Shown one piece after another: positions 29,978 through 39,843 of a DNA stretch of 64,000 nucleotides. Each line of letters starts with the position of its first letter. Within the stretch, counting starts at the first letter, position 1. Under the pieces are notes generated by a model. It ran no database searches, was not told where the DNA came from, and saw nothing but the letters and a program-made list of their open reading frames with translations. Source of the stretch: an uncultured Rhodospirillaceae bacterium (GTDB lineage Bacteria > Pseudomonadota > Alphaproteobacteria > UBA7887); NCBI GenBank assembly GCA_964611315.1, contig CAZSYW010000001.1:3353-67352 (forward strand), written 5' to 3'. A program made the position numbers and the translations under genes.

Positions 29978-30673
29978 TTAGTCCGCGCGAAGCACATACC
30001 CCTCACCGCGAACAGTGATTAAATAATGTGGATGACTAAGATCACTCTCAATTTTCCGTCTTAAACGCGCGATTTGCACATCTACAGTCCGTGGACTCAC
30101 ACCCATACGAACGGCCAAAACGTCGCGAGACACCGCGACACCAACCTGGCGCGCAAAAGCCCGCAGCAGGCTGGTCTCACCCCACGTTAATTTGATTAAG
30201 TTCTCGTCCCGATACAGCTCACCACGCGAGTGATTGAAAGAAAATCTGCCAAATCGAATCACGCTCCCGTCCTCAACCTCTCTCGCCTGCGCTCGCCTTA
30301 AAACAGAATTCAATCGCAACACAAGCTCACGAGGCTCAAACGGTTTAGCCAAGTAATCATCGGCACCACTTTCTAGCCCTGTTATCCGGTCCTCAATTTC
30401 ATCCATCGCCGTAAGTAACAAAATAGGGATATCACTTTTGATCCTTAGGTCTTCCATAAATTTGATGCCATTTTCCCCTGGCATCATCACATCAAGAACA
30501 ATCGCATCAAAATCCAAGTGTGAAAGCTTACCGCGAGCGTCAGCCGCATCATCTGCAGTCGCAACTAAAAACCCATTTTCCGTCAAAAAATCACGCAAAA
30601 GTGCCCGGAGCCTTCTATCATCATCGACAACTAAAACGTGCGGCATCTGAGTCATTTGAAACGCGTCTTGCAT
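29978..30673 (-). CDS. OmpR-family response regulator
   Basis: Receiver domain (HVLVVDDD, DVMMPGENG, KP) plus winged helix (DVQIARLRRKIE, ITVRGEGYVL). ATG 30673 gives a normal 231 aa. The track ORF carries a 68-aa N-terminal extension that is unlikely to be real. Confidence 0.88.
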   Translation of the reverse strand: MQDAFQMTQMPHVLVVDDDRRLRALLRDFLTENGFLVATADDAADARGKLSHLDFDAIVLDVMMPGENGIKFMEDLRIKSDIPILLLTAMDEIEDRITGLESGADDYLAKPFEPRELVLRLNSVLRRAQAREVEDGSVIRFGRFSFNHSRGELYRDENLIKLTWGETSLLRAFARQVGVAVSRDVLAVRMGVSPRTVDVQIARLRRKIESDLSHPHYLITVRGEGYVLRAD

Positions 30674-30930
30674 CGAATGTTCACCAGAACTTATTGTCGT
30701 TCTCCTGCTCTCAAAACCCCTCCCACGCGGAAGAGCACGTATCTGTTCGTATCCGTTCATAACACTGGGTCCACCCAAGCTGTCAGCCCCATCACATGTC
30801 GTTTGTGAACATCTTCTCTTTTTCTGGACCCAAGCCGCAAAGATACCCCGGCCCGAACTCGCTTGGCTGAGGGACAACCGCTCGTTGTTCCGTTTTGGAC
30901 TATGCCTAAGATCCCGGTCAAGTTTGCCAC

Positions 30931-32217
30931 CTACCCAAAAAGCCCTAGCGGTTCAAAATTCCCCTTGAGCACAGACGTTCTATCTGCACCCATCCACTCA
31001 CCTACCATGCTCGCATAGACACGCCTGTAATCCGTAGTGTAGATAAGATTCCCGTCATCAAGATTCGTTAAACTAACAGGGTCACCATACTGACCACCCT
31101 TCACTTTGTTGCCAATCACATAAACCGGGGTCGCGGTGCCATGATCAGTGCCTCCGCTTGCATTCTCCGGTACGCGACGACCAAACTCTGTGAACACCAT
31201 CATTGCCACGTCATCGCCACGCCCAATTCGATTTACGTCCTCCACAAAACCATGAATTGCATCTGTAGCATAAGCAAGAATGCGAGCGTGTAGATCGACC
31301 TGATGCACATGGGTATCAAAATCATTGTTGCGATATTGTACGTAGTAAAGCTGGGTTGGCATGCCCGCACTAATTAACGCAGCTACCTTCCGCAAATCCT
31401 GAGAAATCGGCAAATCTAGCCCATAGTTTACCGGTGTGGAGTACCCTGCCCAAGCCTCACGGACAAATGCAGCACTCTTAAGCGCATTCTTTGCAACACA
31501 GTTGAGAAAACTTAAACCGGGCTGAGAGGAATTGTCTGCGCCGATTAAAGTTTCGAATATAGGCATTTGTTCGTATCGCCCTATCCGCAGGAACTGCGCT
31601 GGGTCATCAAACACCAAGGGTGAATGCACCCGGGACCGTACTGCAAGCGATTGTCGGCTAGCAACGTTTACGATCAAATTCTCCCGCACGTCAGGGCTCA
31701 GTTTATCTGCGAGCCTACCCATCCAACCAAGCTTTTCACCAGCGATGGGCACACCGGTATGCCAAAATCCCATGGCTGCAAAGTGAGACAAAATCGGATT
31801 GTCGTAACCACATCCGTGGATTAGAGCGAACTTTCCCTCCTTGTACAATCTTTGGAAGCCAGCTAGCGATGGGTGAAAGCCAAAATGATCGTCAATCGGA
31901 AGGACCTGCTCAGCGGGAATCGCAATTTTTGGTCGCTGTCGATAATAAGCGTCGTCTCCATATGGCACCACCGTATTGAGCCCATCATTCCCACCATCGA
32001 GCTCAACCACGACCAAAATTCTGCCGGAGTTCGCGGCTTCTGCGGGCTTTTCTTCCTGCGACATCGCTTGCGCGGCACGCCTAAACACCAGCGGCAAACC
32101 CGCACTGACGCCTAAGCCAGAAAAACCTTGCTGCAGCAAATCTCGCCGGCTCAGCCGAGGCCGGCGTGAAAAGAAATGGGGGGTCATAATTCGATTCCTC
32201 TTTAATTCCGTCATCAA
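30931..32217 (-). CDS. DUF1501 protein (Tat-exported, sulfatase/phosphatase-like fold)
   Basis: 428 aa with a twin-arginine signal (SRRDLLQQG...AQA) and DUF1501-like motifs DFDTH and GGTDHG. Confidence 0.8.
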   Translation of the reverse strand: MMTELKRNRIMTPHFFSRRPRLSRRDLLQQGFSGLGVSAGLPLVFRRAAQAMSQEEKPAEAANSGRILVVVELDGGNDGLNTVVPYGDDAYYRQRPKIAIPAEQVLPIDDHFGFHPSLAGFQRLYKEGKFALIHGCGYDNPILSHFAAMGFWHTGVPIAGEKLGWMGRLADKLSPDVRENLIVNVASRQSLAVRSRVHSPLVFDDPAQFLRIGRYEQMPIFETLIGADNSSQPGLSFLNCVAKNALKSAAFVREAWAGYSTPVNYGLDLPISQDLRKVAALISAGMPTQLYYVQYRNNDFDTHVHQVDLHARILAYATDAIHGFVEDVNRIGRGDDVAMMVFTEFGRRVPENASGGTDHGTATPVYVIGNKVKGGQYGDPVSLTNLDDGNLIYTTDYRRVYASMVGEWMGADRTSVLKGNFEPLGLFG

Positions 32218-32236
32218 TTTTGAATCAAAAAGTCCA

Positions 32237-34075
32237 CTATGAAAGCTGGTACTCGGGTGTACTCATTATCAGGTGAACAAGCATACGCAACGGTTCCTCC
32301 AAGTAACTGATTGCAGCGTTGATCTCTGTCGTGCCGAGCTCCCGGTTCAAGAACCCTATCAGGGCATTTCGATGTTCCCCGGAAAGGGGCACTCTTAACA
32401 AACGAGCCTGGAAATGATCTACCACTTCTGATGTGATCGCTAAATTTTGGTTTTGTACTATTGCCACCAGATCAATTACCGCCGGCACCCTTGGAACTGG
32501 TGTTACCCTTCTCATCGCCAAAACCGTACCGTGGTACCCCGCATATCGAGTATTGTATTCCTCATCAGAGATGGCGACCATCATGTCAGAGCTAGACATC
32601 ATGTTCATGTTATTGGCCATCGAAGCACCAACCACAGTGGCGCTTGTAATATCAAGACCTACGTCCAACTTCGTGCCGACATCTCTATATATTTTAGTGA
32701 GGGCACGGTCGGGTGCTAAATATTCGCCCACGTCCGGAAACAAAACCTGTTTGGCAAAATTTCCCCGCTCAACCAATGTGGCGGGAGTAATCCAACTCCG
32801 CCCACCTTCCCACCCAGCCACGTTGGGTGGGTAAAGCAACTTCTGGCCCAGAGCCTCGGTTGCCGCATGGAAATCCGGAACTCCCGGCAATTCAGTCACG
32901 CCAAGTTTGCGATAGGTCGACAATACTAACTGCACTGGACTCTTGATCTGAGAGCTATACGCGTGAGGCGCGTAGAAATCTTGCGCCATAAACATAGCTT
33001 TCAACAACGGCTTTAAATCATAATTGTTATCGCGGAGAAGCGCGGCCAGATACTCTAGCCGCTCAGCCGGAGCGTCCGTTGCAACGAAATAACGATAAAG
33101 TTTTTTAGTGATAAAATGCGCCGTCGATTTATGCGCCATAATCACATCAATAATACCCACCCCATCAAAATTCCCGGTCCTTCCCAAAAACGTCTTATCA
33201 TTCTCATCATGCAATTCGGGCTTTACTACAAATTCTAGGCTATCGTTGGTCCAACCAGTGAAAGCACGGGCCGCTTCACGAATATCGTTTTCCGTGTAGT
33301 TCCCAATGCCCATGGTGAACAACTCTAATATCTCTCTGGAAAAATTTTCGTTGGGACTACCCTTCACGTTCTCCCCGGCATCAAGAAACACGAGCATCGC
33401 TGGATCTTGCGCCACCGCCAAAACCAAGTCTCGGAAATTGACCGAGCCTTTTCTCCGAAACAAATCAATTTGGCTCGCCATTTTTCGGTAATCGCGTACC
33501 TTGTCATCTGAAGTGGCAAAGTGGCCATGCCAAAACAATGCTATCTTTTCTTCAAATGGGCGTTCCGTGCGCAAAATACGCTGCGCCCAATACTGACCGA
33601 GACGATGATTCTCCAAGCGATTTGAGCGAAGGTAGTAGAAATACTTGTTGACGACGTGTTGATAAGGGCGATCCCCACCGGGCTTTACTGAGACTCCCAT
33701 CGAATGGCCCGTCTCTCTTGCGCGCTGCACCGCCTCCGCCCGACTCCGAGGAAATGGCTCCATCCCCGCATCGAAAATACCCGATTCTTCAAATTGGGGG
33801 ACTCCCTGATTGCTGATCCGCTCATAATCTACCAGCCAATCAACTGCCGCCTGCGGCGTCATGGCCGCCAACCTTTGGATCTCCTCCGGAGTGCCCCCAA
33901 ACCCCAGCCGTTCCAGCAAATGAGCCGCTCGATCGTAAGACCATTCAGTTTCGGTGATAGGCAACTTGCTCCCTATCCACTCGTCCGGACCTGGCCCAGT
34001 ATTTGCCGCGGCGCTTCCAGAGCCCGTGACTGCTAGCGCCAAGCCCATCCACATCACCTGCCAAGCGTTTCGCAT
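32237..34075 (-). CDS. DUF1800 protein (secreted)
   Basis: Contains FWHGHFATS and other DUF1800-like blocks. ATG 34075 (SD GGGGGG upstream) gives the signal peptide MRNAWQVMWMGLALAVTGSGSAAA. The track start is 34138. Confidence 0.75.
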   Translation of the reverse strand: MRNAWQVMWMGLALAVTGSGSAAANTGPGPDEWIGSKLPITETEWSYDRAAHLLERLGFGGTPEEIQRLAAMTPQAAVDWLVDYERISNQGVPQFEESGIFDAGMEPFPRSRAEAVQRARETGHSMGVSVKPGGDRPYQHVVNKYFYYLRSNRLENHRLGQYWAQRILRTERPFEEKIALFWHGHFATSDDKVRDYRKMASQIDLFRRKGSVNFRDLVLAVAQDPAMLVFLDAGENVKGSPNENFSREILELFTMGIGNYTENDIREAARAFTGWTNDSLEFVVKPELHDENDKTFLGRTGNFDGVGIIDVIMAHKSTAHFITKKLYRYFVATDAPAERLEYLAALLRDNNYDLKPLLKAMFMAQDFYAPHAYSSQIKSPVQLVLSTYRKLGVTELPGVPDFHAATEALGQKLLYPPNVAGWEGGRSWITPATLVERGNFAKQVLFPDVGEYLAPDRALTKIYRDVGTKLDVGLDITSATVVGASMANNMNMMSSSDMMVAISDEEYNTRYAGYHGTVLAMRRVTPVPRVPAVIDLVAIVQNQNLAITSEVVDHFQARLLRVPLSGEHRNALIGFLNRELGTTEINAAISYLEEPLRMLVHLIMSTPEYQLS

Positions 34076-34407
34076 AGTCCCCCCTAGGTAAGTCAGCCCA
34101 ACAACGGCGGAGTATAACCCCGTGCAATTCAGTAACAAACCCTCCTATCTATCAAAAAATAGGATCTTTTTCTAAACATACCTGGAACTCACATACCTCC
34201 GCATAATCTTCGTTTACCTCGCTGACAGCCCCTTTACACAATTCAAAGGGAACCCGCTTAAGCGCTTAGTAAATTTTTTGCTGACACCCTAAATGTAAAT
34301 TCCTAACTATGTTGAATGAAAAGCAATAGAGATAACATACAATACACTCCCGTTTTCAAGGGAAACTGATGCGACTGCCAAAATCACAGACTTAGAGGAT
34401 AGGATAC

Positions 34408-35574
34408 GTGGAATTTTCGTTCACGCCAGAGCAACGGCAAATTACTGACGCTATTTCAAAGATTTGCGAACGTTTCGATGACGCATTTTGGCTTGAAAAA
34501 GATCGGACAGGTGACTTTCCAGACGAGTTTTGCGCCGCTTTAGCGACGGATGGGTGGCTGGGAATTGCCATGCCAGAATCATATGGTGGTGCCGGACTTG
34601 GTATGACGGAAGCCGCCCTGATGATGCAAGCAATCGCAGAGTCCGGCGCTGCAATGAGTGGGTGCTCAGCAATACACATGAACATTTTTAGCCCAAATGT
34701 TATCGTTGTTTTCGGCACAGAAGAACAGAAAGCTCGGATGCTCCCACCGCTAATAAAGGGACAAACACGGGCTTGTTTTGCCGTTACAGAACCTGACGCC
34801 GGACTCGACACCACGCACCTTAAAACACAAGGCCTACGTGACGGTGACCACTATCTGATCAGCGGCCGAAAAGTCTGGACCTCGACAGCACAGGTCGCCG
34901 ACAAAATATTGTTGGTGGCGAGAACGCAGCCAATAGAAGAATGTGATAAGGCGAGCGATGGGTTGTCTCTCTTTTACACAGACCTTGACCGGAACGCAGT
35001 AGAGATTCGCGAAATCGAAAAAATGGGCCGCAAAGCCGTGGATTCAAATGAGCTCTTCATTGACGAACTGAGAGTACCAGCAGCGGATCGAATTGGGGAA
35101 GAAGGTAAGGGCTTCAGTTATTTACTCCATGGTCTCAACCCCGAGAGAATTTTGATTTCTGCGGAATCTATCGGCATCGGTCGTGCCGCCCTGACCCGTG
35201 CCTCTCGATACGCCAAAAACCGTATTGTGTTCGACCGACCTATTGGTCAAAATCAAGCTATACAACATCCACTCGCAGAGTCCTGGTGCGAATTGGAAGC
35301 AGCGAACCTAATGTGCTTTAAAGCTGCAGCATTGTACGACGCAGGCACACGTTGCGGCATAGAGGCGAACGCCGCTAAATTCCTTGCTGCAAGAGCCGGC
35401 TTCACGGCCTGTGAGCGCTCCATTTTAACGCATGGCGGTTATGGCTATGCAAAGGAGTTTCACGTGGAGCGTTTTATGCGCGAACAATGGATCAATCGGG
35501 TCGCACCGGTCACTGAGCAACTCATCCTGTGTCACATCGCTGAGCGGGCGCTTGGACTCCCTAAATCTTATTAG
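34408..35574 (+). CDS. acyl-CoA dehydrogenase family protein
   Basis: 388 aa with a GTG start and SD AGAGGA. ACAD motifs are present (AVTEPDAGLD, YGYAKEFHVERFMRE). Confidence 0.88.
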   Translation: MEFSFTPEQRQITDAISKICERFDDAFWLEKDRTGDFPDEFCAALATDGWLGIAMPESYGGAGLGMTEAALMMQAIAESGAAMSGCSAIHMNIFSPNVIVVFGTEEQKARMLPPLIKGQTRACFAVTEPDAGLDTTHLKTQGLRDGDHYLISGRKVWTSTAQVADKILLVARTQPIEECDKASDGLSLFYTDLDRNAVEIREIEKMGRKAVDSNELFIDELRVPAADRIGEEGKGFSYLLHGLNPERILISAESIGIGRAALTRASRYAKNRIVFDRPIGQNQAIQHPLAESWCELEAANLMCFKAAALYDAGTRCGIEANAAKFLAARAGFTACERSILTHGGYGYAKEFHVERFMREQWINRVAPVTEQLILCHIAERALGLPKSY

Positions 35575-35586
35575 TGAGCACAAAAA

Positions 35587-36807
35587 TCACTGCTCTGACG
35601 CCGCCTCTGAGCAAACCACGTCGCCAACTATTTTTGCGCATACTAGGCTCTCAATTTCAGCGTTCTCATAGCCTGCTTCCAAAAGAATGTCGTTCGCATG
35701 TGCACCCAGCTTAGGCGGTGACATCCTCGGATACCCTGGTGTACGCCCCATCTTCACTGGCACTCCAATGCCCTGGTATTCTTCATCCTCCAGCACCATA
35801 CCACGCACTCGAATTTGAGGGTGGTCCAAGACCTGTGGCACTGAAAGAACCGCCCCCGCTGGAACCCCGTCAGCCAACAACTCCTCCGCCACTGCGGTGG
35901 CGTCTCGCCTGACAAACAAAGGAGATAACTCTGCCATCAGGCTTTCCTCGTTAGCTTTTCGAGTAGCATTATCCAAAAAGCGAGGGTCAACAGCTAATTT
36001 TGGCTTACCTAGATAAGTGACCAGTCTCTCAAACTGTTCGTTGGTGCCCGCCGCAACAAAAATGAAACCGTTGGCAGTTTCAAACATTTCGTATGGTGCG
36101 ATATTTGGATGGGCATTCCCAATCCGCGTCGGCGCCTCCCCGGTCATAAAATAATTGGCAGCGTGCGGGTGTAACAGGCTGACTGAACAATCTAGCAGGG
36201 AAACATCCACCTTTTGACCAAGGTCGGAGCGAACCCGTTCATAAAGCGCCATAAGAATTCCGTTGGTTGCGTAAAATGCGGTGGCAAGATCCGATATCGG
36301 TGTCCCCACCCGGACGGGCGAACCTTGAACCGGCCCGTTAATGCTGACTAAACCACTCATCACTTGTGCAACCGCATCAAACCCCGGCCGACCCGCCAAT
36401 GGGCCCTCCACACCGTAACCAGTAATCTGTCCATAAATAAGCCGTGGGAACCGTGACCTCAGAGAAGATTCATACCCGAGGCCCCATTTTTCCATCTGCC
36501 CCGCCTTAAAATTTTCGAGCAAAACGTCCGCTTTTTCAAGCAACCGCAGTAAAACTACCCTGCCGCCATCCCTGGACAAGTCAAGCGCTAGAGAGCGTTT
36601 ATTTCGGTTTACGCCCCGAAAATAAGCGCTCGTTCCGTCCGCCGAAAACGGCGGGCCCCAGCGCCGTGTTTCATCCCCACCCAAAGCCTCTACTTTGATG
36701 ACATCGGCGCCATGGTCGCCGAGCATCTGCGTACAGTATGGTCCCGCTAAAATTCTCGTTAAATCAATTACCCGCACGCCTGCGAGCGCTCCCGCACCAT
36801 CGCCCAT
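35587..36807 (-). CDS. CaiB/BaiF family (type III) CoA-transferase
   Basis: Contains GVRVIDLTRILAGPYCTQMLGDHGADVIKVE, typical of family III CoA transferases. ATG 36807 is preferred over the TTG at 36828. Confidence 0.85.
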   Translation of the reverse strand: MGDGAGALAGVRVIDLTRILAGPYCTQMLGDHGADVIKVEALGGDETRRWGPPFSADGTSAYFRGVNRNKRSLALDLSRDGGRVVLLRLLEKADVLLENFKAGQMEKWGLGYESSLRSRFPRLIYGQITGYGVEGPLAGRPGFDAVAQVMSGLVSINGPVQGSPVRVGTPISDLATAFYATNGILMALYERVRSDLGQKVDVSLLDCSVSLLHPHAANYFMTGEAPTRIGNAHPNIAPYEMFETANGFIFVAAGTNEQFERLVTYLGKPKLAVDPRFLDNATRKANEESLMAELSPLFVRRDATAVAEELLADGVPAGAVLSVPQVLDHPQIRVRGMVLEDEEYQGIGVPVKMGRTPGYPRMSPPKLGAHANDILLEAGYENAEIESLVCAKIVGDVVCSEAASEQ

Positions 36808-36885
36808 CCTAATTATCCTAATATCCAAAACCTAAAAATAAACCGACGGCTATGCCGGTGGATACTTCAACCTGCCATGCAGATA

Positions 36886-38376
36886 TCAGAGGCGCAATCC
36901 TTTGGGCACCACAAGCCTCTCCATCAGTTCAAAAAGACCCTGAACCAAAAGCGCAAGGACGGCAGCGGGCACCGCCCCCGAGAGTATTAGACCTACATCG
37001 TCAAGACGAATACCGCTCAAAATCGGTTGACCGTAGCCACCGGCACCAATCAAAGCGCCGAGTGTGGCTGTCCCGACATTGATAACCGCTGAAGTTTTAA
37101 CGCCAGCCAGGATCATACTCCCGGCCATAGGGAACTCCACTAGCCGCAGTCGCGCCCCGCTTGGAAGACCAATTGCATGGGCAGACTCCAAGATATCCGG
37201 CGGAATACCGGTCAAACCTGTATGGGTATTGCGCACTATCGGGAGCAAGCTGTAAAGAAACAATGCCAAAATGGCAGGCGGACCGCCAATGCCAACCAAA
37301 GGTATCATGAACACGAATAATGCCAACGAAGGTATGGTTTGAATAAGGCCAACTACTGCCAAAATTAATTGTCCGGCCTTCTTCAAACGTGCAGCAATTA
37401 CCCCTAGAGGCAGAGCAACCAGGAGTGCCGCACCCAGTGATATTCCAACCAGCTTGAGATGTTCGTATGTGTTGAATACTAAACGGGCAGCCCAACTCCT
37501 GTGATCAACCGTCAGAGCAACATCAAGTTGGTCGGACACAAATTGGGCAGCAACTGTGGCCTCATCCAGCCTATCCACTTTAACGTGCGCGTTCATGGCA
37601 GCCATACTTGCTTCGTCAATGAGGCCTTCAAGGTTGCTTAGGAAATCAAAGAGATTGTTGTTTTTCATCCGCCACTGATCACGATAAATAAATACGGCGT
37701 TGTATGCAGGAAAGTGTTGGAGATCGTCTTCAAGGACCCTTATGCCGTATAAGCGAATGGCCGCATCGGTGGTGTACACGTCCATGGCGTCAATACTTCC
37801 GCTAACCAAACCTTGATAAGCAAGATCATGGTCAAGGCCAATCACTTGTGTTTGCGGAAGAGAATAATGTTTGCGAAGCCCTACCCAGCCATCGCTACGC
37901 TCCAAGAACTCGTTGCCAAACCCAAATGTCAATTTTGGATACCTTCGCAAATCGGAAATGCTGTTGATTCCAAATTGCTCTGACTTCTCCTGAAGGATAC
38001 CGATAGCGTATGTATTGTTGAACCCTATTGGGCCCGACATACCCAAACCCCTACTATCTAGTGCGCTACGAATATCCTTCTCGGTGACCAACCCTAAATC
38101 GGATAAAATTTCATTAGTTATGGTGCCCGTGTATTCCGGATAGACGTCAATTTCTCCAGCTAGCAACGCTTCCCACAATATTCGTGTCCCACCAAGTTGA
38201 CGGTGATGGTGCACAGTGAGACCTTGATGCCGAGCCAGGCACGTAATTATTTCGCCTAATATTACTGATTCCGTAAATGCCTTTGAACCAACCCTCACCT
38301 CCTGAGCAAAACAGGGTGAAGGGCCCGCACAAATCATTAAGGCGACCACAAACAGTGAGAGGAATCGGATGCTCAA
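36886..38376 (-). CDS. fused substrate-binding / permease protein of a glycine-betaine/choline-type ABC importer
   Basis: 496 aa with a signal peptide. The N-terminal OpuAC-type binding domain has GSKAFTESVILGEI and VYPEYTGT. The C-terminal part is a 5-6 TM permease. It overlaps the upstream ATPase gene by 4 nt. Confidence 0.8.
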   Translation of the reverse strand: MSIRFLSLFVVALMICAGPSPCFAQEVRVGSKAFTESVILGEIITCLARHQGLTVHHHRQLGGTRILWEALLAGEIDVYPEYTGTITNEILSDLGLVTEKDIRSALDSRGLGMSGPIGFNNTYAIGILQEKSEQFGINSISDLRRYPKLTFGFGNEFLERSDGWVGLRKHYSLPQTQVIGLDHDLAYQGLVSGSIDAMDVYTTDAAIRLYGIRVLEDDLQHFPAYNAVFIYRDQWRMKNNNLFDFLSNLEGLIDEASMAAMNAHVKVDRLDEATVAAQFVSDQLDVALTVDHRSWAARLVFNTYEHLKLVGISLGAALLVALPLGVIAARLKKAGQLILAVVGLIQTIPSLALFVFMIPLVGIGGPPAILALFLYSLLPIVRNTHTGLTGIPPDILESAHAIGLPSGARLRLVEFPMAGSMILAGVKTSAVINVGTATLGALIGAGGYGQPILSGIRLDDVGLILSGAVPAAVLALLVQGLFELMERLVVPKGLRL

Positions 38377-39122
38377 GTTTCACCATGCAAGCTGTCAATT
38401 AGTGTTCGCTGTGCAGACACAAAACTCTCAACGAACGGCTCGTTAGGCTTCTGAACAAAATCTTCAATTGGGCCCCGTTGCACAACTCTACCTTCACGTA
38501 ACAGAACAATATCGTCGCCAAAGAAACCTGCCTCACCTATGTCATGCGTGACCATCACCACGGTTTTACCAAGGGCACGAAATATGTTTCGGAGGTCCGT
38601 CTGCAATTGGTAACGCACAATTGGATCAAGTGCTCCAAACGGCTCATCAAGCAGGAGTACCTCTGGATCCAACATTAACGCCCGCATAAGAGCCACGCGC
38701 TGGCGTTGACCGCCTGATAACTGTATTGGGAAACGATCCAGGGCGTCCGCCGGGAAGTGCGTTAATTCGGCTAGCTCACCGACGCGTCGCGAGATATCAA
38801 TCGCTGGACGCCTTAGATAACGAGCCATCAAAGTAACATTGCTTCTTGCCGTCAGGTGGGGAAACAATCCACCCCCTTGAATCACATAGCCCATACGGCG
38901 ACGTAGTTGCGCAGCACTGCCCGCGTTTACCGGGACACTCTCAAACCTCACAAACCCGTGATCGGGCTCAATTAAACCCATCAGAAGACGGATCAAGGTG
39001 GACTTTCCGCATCCCGAGGGACCCATAAAGACCGTGGTACACCCACTTGGAATTGCTAAGTCAACCTCTGCCAAAGCAGTCAGCGACTTAAAACGCTTTG
39101 AAACCTTTTCCAGCTCAAACAT
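38373..39122 (-). CDS. ABC transporter ATP-binding protein (osmoprotectant type, no CBS domains)
   Basis: 249 aa with Walker A GPSGCGKST, signature LSGGQRQRVAL and Walker B LLLDEPFGALD. Confidence 0.9.
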   Translation of the reverse strand: MFELEKVSKRFKSLTALAEVDLAIPSGCTTVFMGPSGCGKSTLIRLLMGLIEPDHGFVRFESVPVNAGSAAQLRRRMGYVIQGGGLFPHLTARSNVTLMARYLRRPAIDISRRVGELAELTHFPADALDRFPIQLSGGQRQRVALMRALMLDPEVLLLDEPFGALDPIVRYQLQTDLRNIFRALGKTVVMVTHDIGEAGFFGDDIVLLREGRVVQRGPIEDFVQKPNEPFVESFVSAQRTLIDSLHGET

Positions 39123-39244
39123 GTTGAGTCAGCATAGTCGCGACCAGCCAGACAGGAAACCCACACCGACGACAATTTGATCACACTTAACGTTTGCCGG
39201 GGGACCTCTTCCTGTTTTCCCCGCGCACTCCGCCGACAATTTCT

Positions 39245-39283
39245 TAACAAAATGACCCGGCTACTCACATGCAGCCGGGTCAT
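39245..39283 (-). terminator. rho-independent terminator after the 170-aa membrane protein gene
   Basis: Perfect 11-bp stem (ATGACCCGGCT at 39252-39262, AGCCGGGTCAT at 39273-39283) with a 10-nt loop. On the minus strand TTTTGTT follows. It starts 21 nt after the stop at 39304. Confidence 0.75.
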
Positions 39284-39303
39284 AATGCTTACAAAAACTA
39301 AAG

Positions 39304-39816
39304 TTAAGAAATTTGGAACAAGTTCTGTGCCGCCACCATGGCGTAAAGCATGGGTATCGACAACATCGTGTTGGTTCGTGAGAACAGCATTGCGGTACGT
39401 GCTGCCTTGGCCTTCACATCAGCCTCCACTTCCACCATACCGAGGGCCCTTTGCTGGTTTGGCCAAATCACAAACCACACATTAAAGGCCATAATCAGGC
39501 CCAGCCACATGCCAAACCCAATCATGGTATGGCCCGCTGCCTGCCCATTCATACCAAGCAATAAGCCATCCACCAGATAGCCATTCATTCCCGCGAGCAA
39601 CACCCCGAATACAACCGTAGACAAAGCCGACCAACGGAACCAGAACAATGCTTCAGGAGCAATAACCTTGCCGATTGCCGGTTTTTGCTCATCAGGTATC
39701 TTTGGCATACTGGGTATTTGGACAAAGTTAAAATACCACAGCAAACCAATCCACATCACACCGCTGAGCACATGCAACCAACGGATAAAAAAGATTACCG
39801 AAAAACCATCTTCCAT
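39304..39816 (-). CDS. membrane protein resembling the N-terminal domain of membrane urate oxidase PuuD (stand-alone)
   Basis: 170 aa with about 4 TM helices. FIRWLHVLSGVMWIGLLWYFNFVQ resembles the Urate_ox_N domain (from memory). No cytochrome c part is present. SD AGGAGG lies 7 nt upstream of the ATG. Confidence 0.6.
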   Translation of the reverse strand: MEDGFSVIFFIRWLHVLSGVMWIGLLWYFNFVQIPSMPKIPDEQKPAIGKVIAPEALFWFRWSALSTVVFGVLLAGMNGYLVDGLLLGMNGQAAGHTMIGFGMWLGLIMAFNVWFVIWPNQQRALGMVEVEADVKAKAARTAMLFSRTNTMLSIPMLYAMVAAQNLFQIS

Positions 39817-39843
39817 AGCGTGCCTCCTGTCTTCGCGGTGTCT

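Noticed and set aside
30674-30877. 68-aa N-terminal extension of the response regulator ORF. Similar extensions occur on rsfS (60726-60974), add (43317-43394), proC (26910-26987) and the NDUFAF7-like gene (24618-24704).
   Set aside because: The extensions overlap neighbouring genes or add non-conserved-looking sequence. Internal ATGs give canonical protein lengths and, except for rsfS, better SD spacing.
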